In this document: positions 60,201 through 64,000 of the stretch, piece after piece
Layout: each line of letters begins with the position of its first letter
How positions within the stretch are numbered: the first letter of the stretch is position 1
NCBI GenBank assembly: GCA_965645245.1
Contig: OZ287082.1
Span: 682,001 to 746,000, forward strand
Direction: 5' to 3'
Origin: Massalongia carnosa
Lineage: Eukaryota
Length of the DNA stretch: 64,000 nt
The notes under the pieces: model-generated
Database searches by the model: none
Seen by the model: the letters and a program-made list of their open reading frames with translations, nothing else
Told to the model about the DNA's origin: nothing
Position numbers and translations under genes: made by a program

Positions 60201-61450
60201 TGAACACTCTCCAGTTTGAATTGTCATAGAAGATATCGTGTTGATTCAGCATTCCCAAATTCACAAGGTTCACCGGACATTGAGGAATGTAGAGAACATT
60301 TTTAAGAATCAGTATCGACGAGGGTAAGCCGTCCTCCATGATCAATGTCTTATGAATGGTTCCTCTTCCTAGCGACGTTCCTGTGGACGTTGACCCTGCT
60401 AGATCAGTGGAGTAGCTCGTATAGTCAGTGAACGAGTATCTGTGGTTGCATACGTGCATATCTGCAGCGCTGTCCAATAACCACGAGTTCTTGTTCAGAT
60501 TCGTCATGGTCATGACTTTTTGCAGTCTTGTGGCCATGACCTGTGTGAGTCAACTACTCACCGTTGGAATGTTGGATGATGTATGAGGTAAGTCCGCCTT
60601 CGTTTCTGACGAGGTAGTCTTTTGTTTCTTTGCTCTTCCGGATTCGAGCGAACATCTATGTCTTTTTAGCTGTGGAAACTTCTGCCAACAGTTATCTGGC
60701 CAATGACGAGTGATCTTTCTCTCGACACATTCAGAGAAGGTGCAGGTTCCAAATGGGGCTCGACCTCTCGAGTCAGGTTTGTTGATATGAAGTGCCTTGG
60801 TGTTTCTCATGTTGACAGAATAAGCAACAATGGTCTTCATTGCTTCCGACAGGTTTGTGGTTTAGTGTGTCCAATCTCGTCGATGTTGGGCTATCAATGG
60901 GGAATAGACGTCTGTGGTGTTACCCAGCATCATTCCCTGAAGCATGAACTCCACGGTATGTACATCCACTTTGGCCTTGTCGTCCAGCATTCCTTTAATT
61001 TTGATTAAAGCGCTCTCGTACTCTGCACAGTATAGGCTGGTGTTCTCGAAGTCAGTCATCTTCTTAAAACTAACCTTCAGAATGATGTTGCTGATGCTCA
61101 TTGGTGCTATATCTTGGAATCTATCCTTCAGGATTTTCCACATTTCTGCCGCATTCTTGTTTTCGATGAGGCTGTAATGGCACTCCGCAACTAATCCGTG
61201 AATGATTCCTATAGCCTTGGTCATCTCGGCCTTCTGTCTATTCTTCTCGTCACGTAGCTCTTTTACCAAGATGCTGACAGAAAGACCTTTGGCGTCGAAG
61301 CCTGCTTGTATTAAACCTTCCTTGATGGTTTCAGCGGTGATTTCTGATTGATTCTCTAGAACGGCTCCTTCGCAGTTATTCTTGCGCAGAATCCCCTTCG
61401 TATAGCTTGCCCATGCCGAATATCATTCGGCCTTCTCCAAAACATGTGAC
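57216..61450 (-). pseudogene. Copia gag-pol
   Basis: WLLDSAA, WHARLG..CHAC, QEENGVAER, RFKARWV, KALYGLKQSPR, FVDD, YSDSDWAGD, SSTEAEY, HIDIQHHF; several stops and frameshifts. Confidence 0.93.
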
Positions 61451-61968
61451 GTATCTATGATATACATAATGGGAGAATGGGGAGCAATTGAACAAGGCGA
61501 GAAACTTGTATAAGTAGTGACTGAAAGAATGTGGATCTGTGACCTTTCTTATAGACAAGGAAAAGACTGTCCCTCCTTAGCCAGTGTCTACTCTGATATC
61601 TCAACAGAGAAACCTGTTTGCTTAACATGCTTGTTTGCCATGATGAGAATTTCAACGTAGGCTTTTTCAAGGGTCCAATTGACCAAAAGAAAATTGAGCG
61701 CAGGGTTCTTCCAATTTGATTTAACCGGCCTTGGGCCGACTAAATATAAAGAGGCAACTGCCGCACAATCTCAACTAGTGCCTTAATGAGGCATAATTGC
61801 CAAAAAAAAAGGTCTTTGTGCCTTCGATCAATGAGTTTACTAAGCTCTTTGATGTCAGATGGATTTTGTATTTTTGCGTGTCCAGAATTCAATCGCGGTT
61901 GAAACTGACGCTTTGATGATATTTGTACCAATGGGGCGCTTAGGCCCAGCAATATACTTTTTTGCCAT

Positions 61969-62210
61969 CGACCATCGAGCTTAGCAAGCTCTTTGGTGTC
62001 CGAGGACTTGATTGCCTTCGACCATCGAGCTTAGCAAGCTCTTTGGTGTCCGAGGACTTGATTGCCTTCGACCATCGAGCTTAGCAAGGTCTTTGGTGTC
62101 CGAGGACTTGGGCGCCTTCAACCATCGAGCTTAGCAAGCTCTTTCGTATCCGAGGACTTGGGTGCCTTCGACCATCGAGCTTAGCAAGCTCTTTGGTGTC
62201 CGAGGGCTTC
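61969..62210. repeat. 50-bp tandem repeat x5 in the Copia 5' leader
   Basis: ACCATCGAGCTTAGCAAG at 61971, 62021, 62071, 62121, 62171. Confidence 0.95.
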
Positions 62211-62450
62211 GGTGTAGTACGATCAATATGTTCATGCTCTTTCTAACACGCAATTTTTGCGCTTCTGACAAGAAATCGCTGTGTACAGAAGAGAGAACTA
62301 ATCGATGTGATTTGAGGAATCGTTTCTAAAGACACAGAAAGATTTTAGTCATGTGTCTACGATTCATTGAATAGGAACGATGCTTAGCTGATTGCACTGC
62401 GACGCTGCGGATTAAAAGCTTCGATTAGTTTTAAATCGATAGCAACCTTC

Positions 62451-62463
62451 CGGGCTCATAACC
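62451..62463 (-). promoter_or_regulatory. Copia primer-binding site complementary to the tRNA-iMet anticodon arm
   Basis: GGTTATGAGCCCG directly abuts the 5' LTR; half-tRNA priming is known from Drosophila copia and Ty5. Confidence 0.85.
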
Positions 62464-62513
62464 TGTTGAAATAGGTATATGACTATGGCTATATGGCTAT
62501 GTAATAATAAAGG

Positions 62514-62684
62514 TGTAACGGTTCGACCAAGCGTGGTGCGGACGGCAAGACCTATAGCGAACATAGCAGGAGTCCCAGTTATTGTAGAATAAAGCTTGGT
62601 CTGCTGACTAAGTATTGTGCCTTTTGGTCTGGAAGGACAGGTGGCGCAATGGTAGAAATCTATTCACTATCTCGCTTCGTCACA
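62514..62684. mobile_element. Short solo LTR, 171 bp, nested in the Copia 5' LTR
   Basis: TGTAACGG...CGTCACA, TSD AAAGG; relative of 31946-32134. Confidence 0.92.
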
Positions 62685-63972
62685 AAAGGTATGTATGACC
62701 GTGATTTTAAGGATGAAGAGTTGCTATGCAGCAATCTTTTCCTATTACTAGTCACCCTGCTAAGCGAGGTAATCTTATCTTATCTTGGGACTAAGCATAA
62801 TGCGGCATCTACGGTTTCCGTAGATCATCTGTCAATCTAGGGCAGCCGTAGGTGCTATAATCATTGAACTGATAGGTGTTCATTGTGCTGGTAGGAATTA
62901 GATATTCAACAAAATTCGATAATATATTCGCGTTCGTCAATTTTTATACCCATTTGACTGCTTGTAAAATTGCATGCAGTTCAGCATTTTTAATTCTTGA
63001 CTGTTTGCTGAATTTCCAGCTTTTCGAAATTGTATAATGTTTAATAAGGCAATCTTTTTTGATAAAGTGATCGAAATCATCGATAAAATTGTTCCATTTT
63101 CTTAAATTGGTGCAAATGTGACAGCAGAAGTTGCAAATTCGACTTTTGATCCATCCGTATAAAGTAATATTCGTGATATATCGGAATTCATAGATTGAAT
63201 TTTTGACAAAGTCGAATAATATCTTGATTTTGCTGTTTCTTTTGACTTTTCGATTTGAAATTCGATTTTACACGACGACTTCCATTGTTTTATAAAGTTA
63301 TTTGATTGTTCGAATTTATCAGTTTTGGGAACTATGTCCGAAACGGAGTGCAGAACGCGAATAAGCTTACTAGGATATCGTTTATTTGTTTGTTTTTCGT
63401 CTTCGTTCCATTCGGCATATTTGTTGTTCCATAAGCTAGTATCAAAACCGATGTTTTCGAATTTCATCGAATATGTGTTGACTGCTTTTAAAATTGCATG
63501 AAGTTCAGCATTTTCAATGATTGACTATTTGCTTAATTTCCAGCTTTTCGAAATTGAATGATGTTTAACAAGACAATCTTTTTCGATAAAGTGATCGAAA
63601 TCATCGATAAAATTGTTTCATTTTCACATAATTGATGCAAATGTGACAGCAGAAGTTGCAAATTCAACTTTTAATCTACCCGCATAAAGTAATATTCGTG
63701 ATATATCGGAATTCATCGATTGAAGTTTGGACAAAGTCGAATAATATCCTTATTTTGATGTTTCTTTTGACTTTTCGATTTGAAATTCAATTTTACACGA
63801 CGACTTCTATGGTTTTATAAAGTTATTTGATTGTTTAAATTCATCAGTTTTATGAACTAAATCCGAAATAGAGCGTAGAACACGAATAAGCTGACTAGGA
63901 TATTGTTTATTTGTTTTTTTTTCATCTTCGTTCCATTTGGAATATTTGTTGTTCTATAAGCTAATATCAAAA

Positions 63973-64000
63973 TGAAACGGGGAGACCTTCTCCCAGCAGG
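63973..64000. mobile_element. Start of an LTR of the 20983-21466 family, cut by the window edge
   Basis: 27 of 28 bases match 20983-21010. Confidence 0.85.

Larger units (their letters stand above)
56876..62911 (-). mobile_element. Ty1/Copia retrotransposon, full length, decayed
   Basis: 272-bp LTRs (56876-57147; 62464-62911 less a nested insert) with about 12 differences, TSD AAATT, PPT TGAGGGGGGG, PR-IN-RT-RH order. Confidence 0.96.
54150..63970 (-). mobile_element. Tandem degenerate fragments of an RNase H-bearing LINE; host of the Copia and solo LTRs
   Basis: LYTDGSK (63102-63467), IELHAILQAI..IWIFSDS (54617-54889), LQWVPIHSKI..EIADKTA (54100-54294); segments duplicated. Confidence 0.7.

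Noticed and set aside
62514..62684. tRNA gene
   Set aside because: A-like and B-like boxes are in the wrong order, there is no cloverleaf, and it has LTR termini with a TSD

Overview
This is eukaryotic, transposon-saturated DNA from a filamentous ascomycete. The assignment is inferred from Tad-like LINEs, chromodomain Ty3/Gypsy elements, a fungal Copia, short GT-AG introns and RIP-like decay; the species cannot be determined. No intact housekeeping gene, RNA gene or CRISPR array is present. 3.1-34.3 kb is a nested stack in very AT-rich DNA: four Tad-like LINEs (one intact with a 12-bp TSD), two young chromoviruses (LTR pairs 353/354 and 494/496 identical, 5-bp TSDs) and three solo LTRs. The stack is bracketed by a palindrome-containing tandem array on the left and a 164-bp satellite plus twin 20-bp palindromes on the right. 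34-49 kb holds decayed accessory-type genes (two nuclease-like, dynamin GED, F-box, kinase, BTB-type) and an Ngaro/DIRS relic. 50-64 kb holds MULE and hAT relics, a Copia element and solo LTRs inside tandem relics of an RNase H-bearing LINE. The most notable signal comes from aligning sister LINE copies within the window. The heavy AT-shift of the old copy is dominated by C-to-T at CpC (CC>TC, GG>GA) with CpA and CpG largely spared, unlike canonical CpA RIP. Lightly damaged copies instead carry CpA-type stops, and the youngest elements are untouched. All alignments and counts were done by eye.
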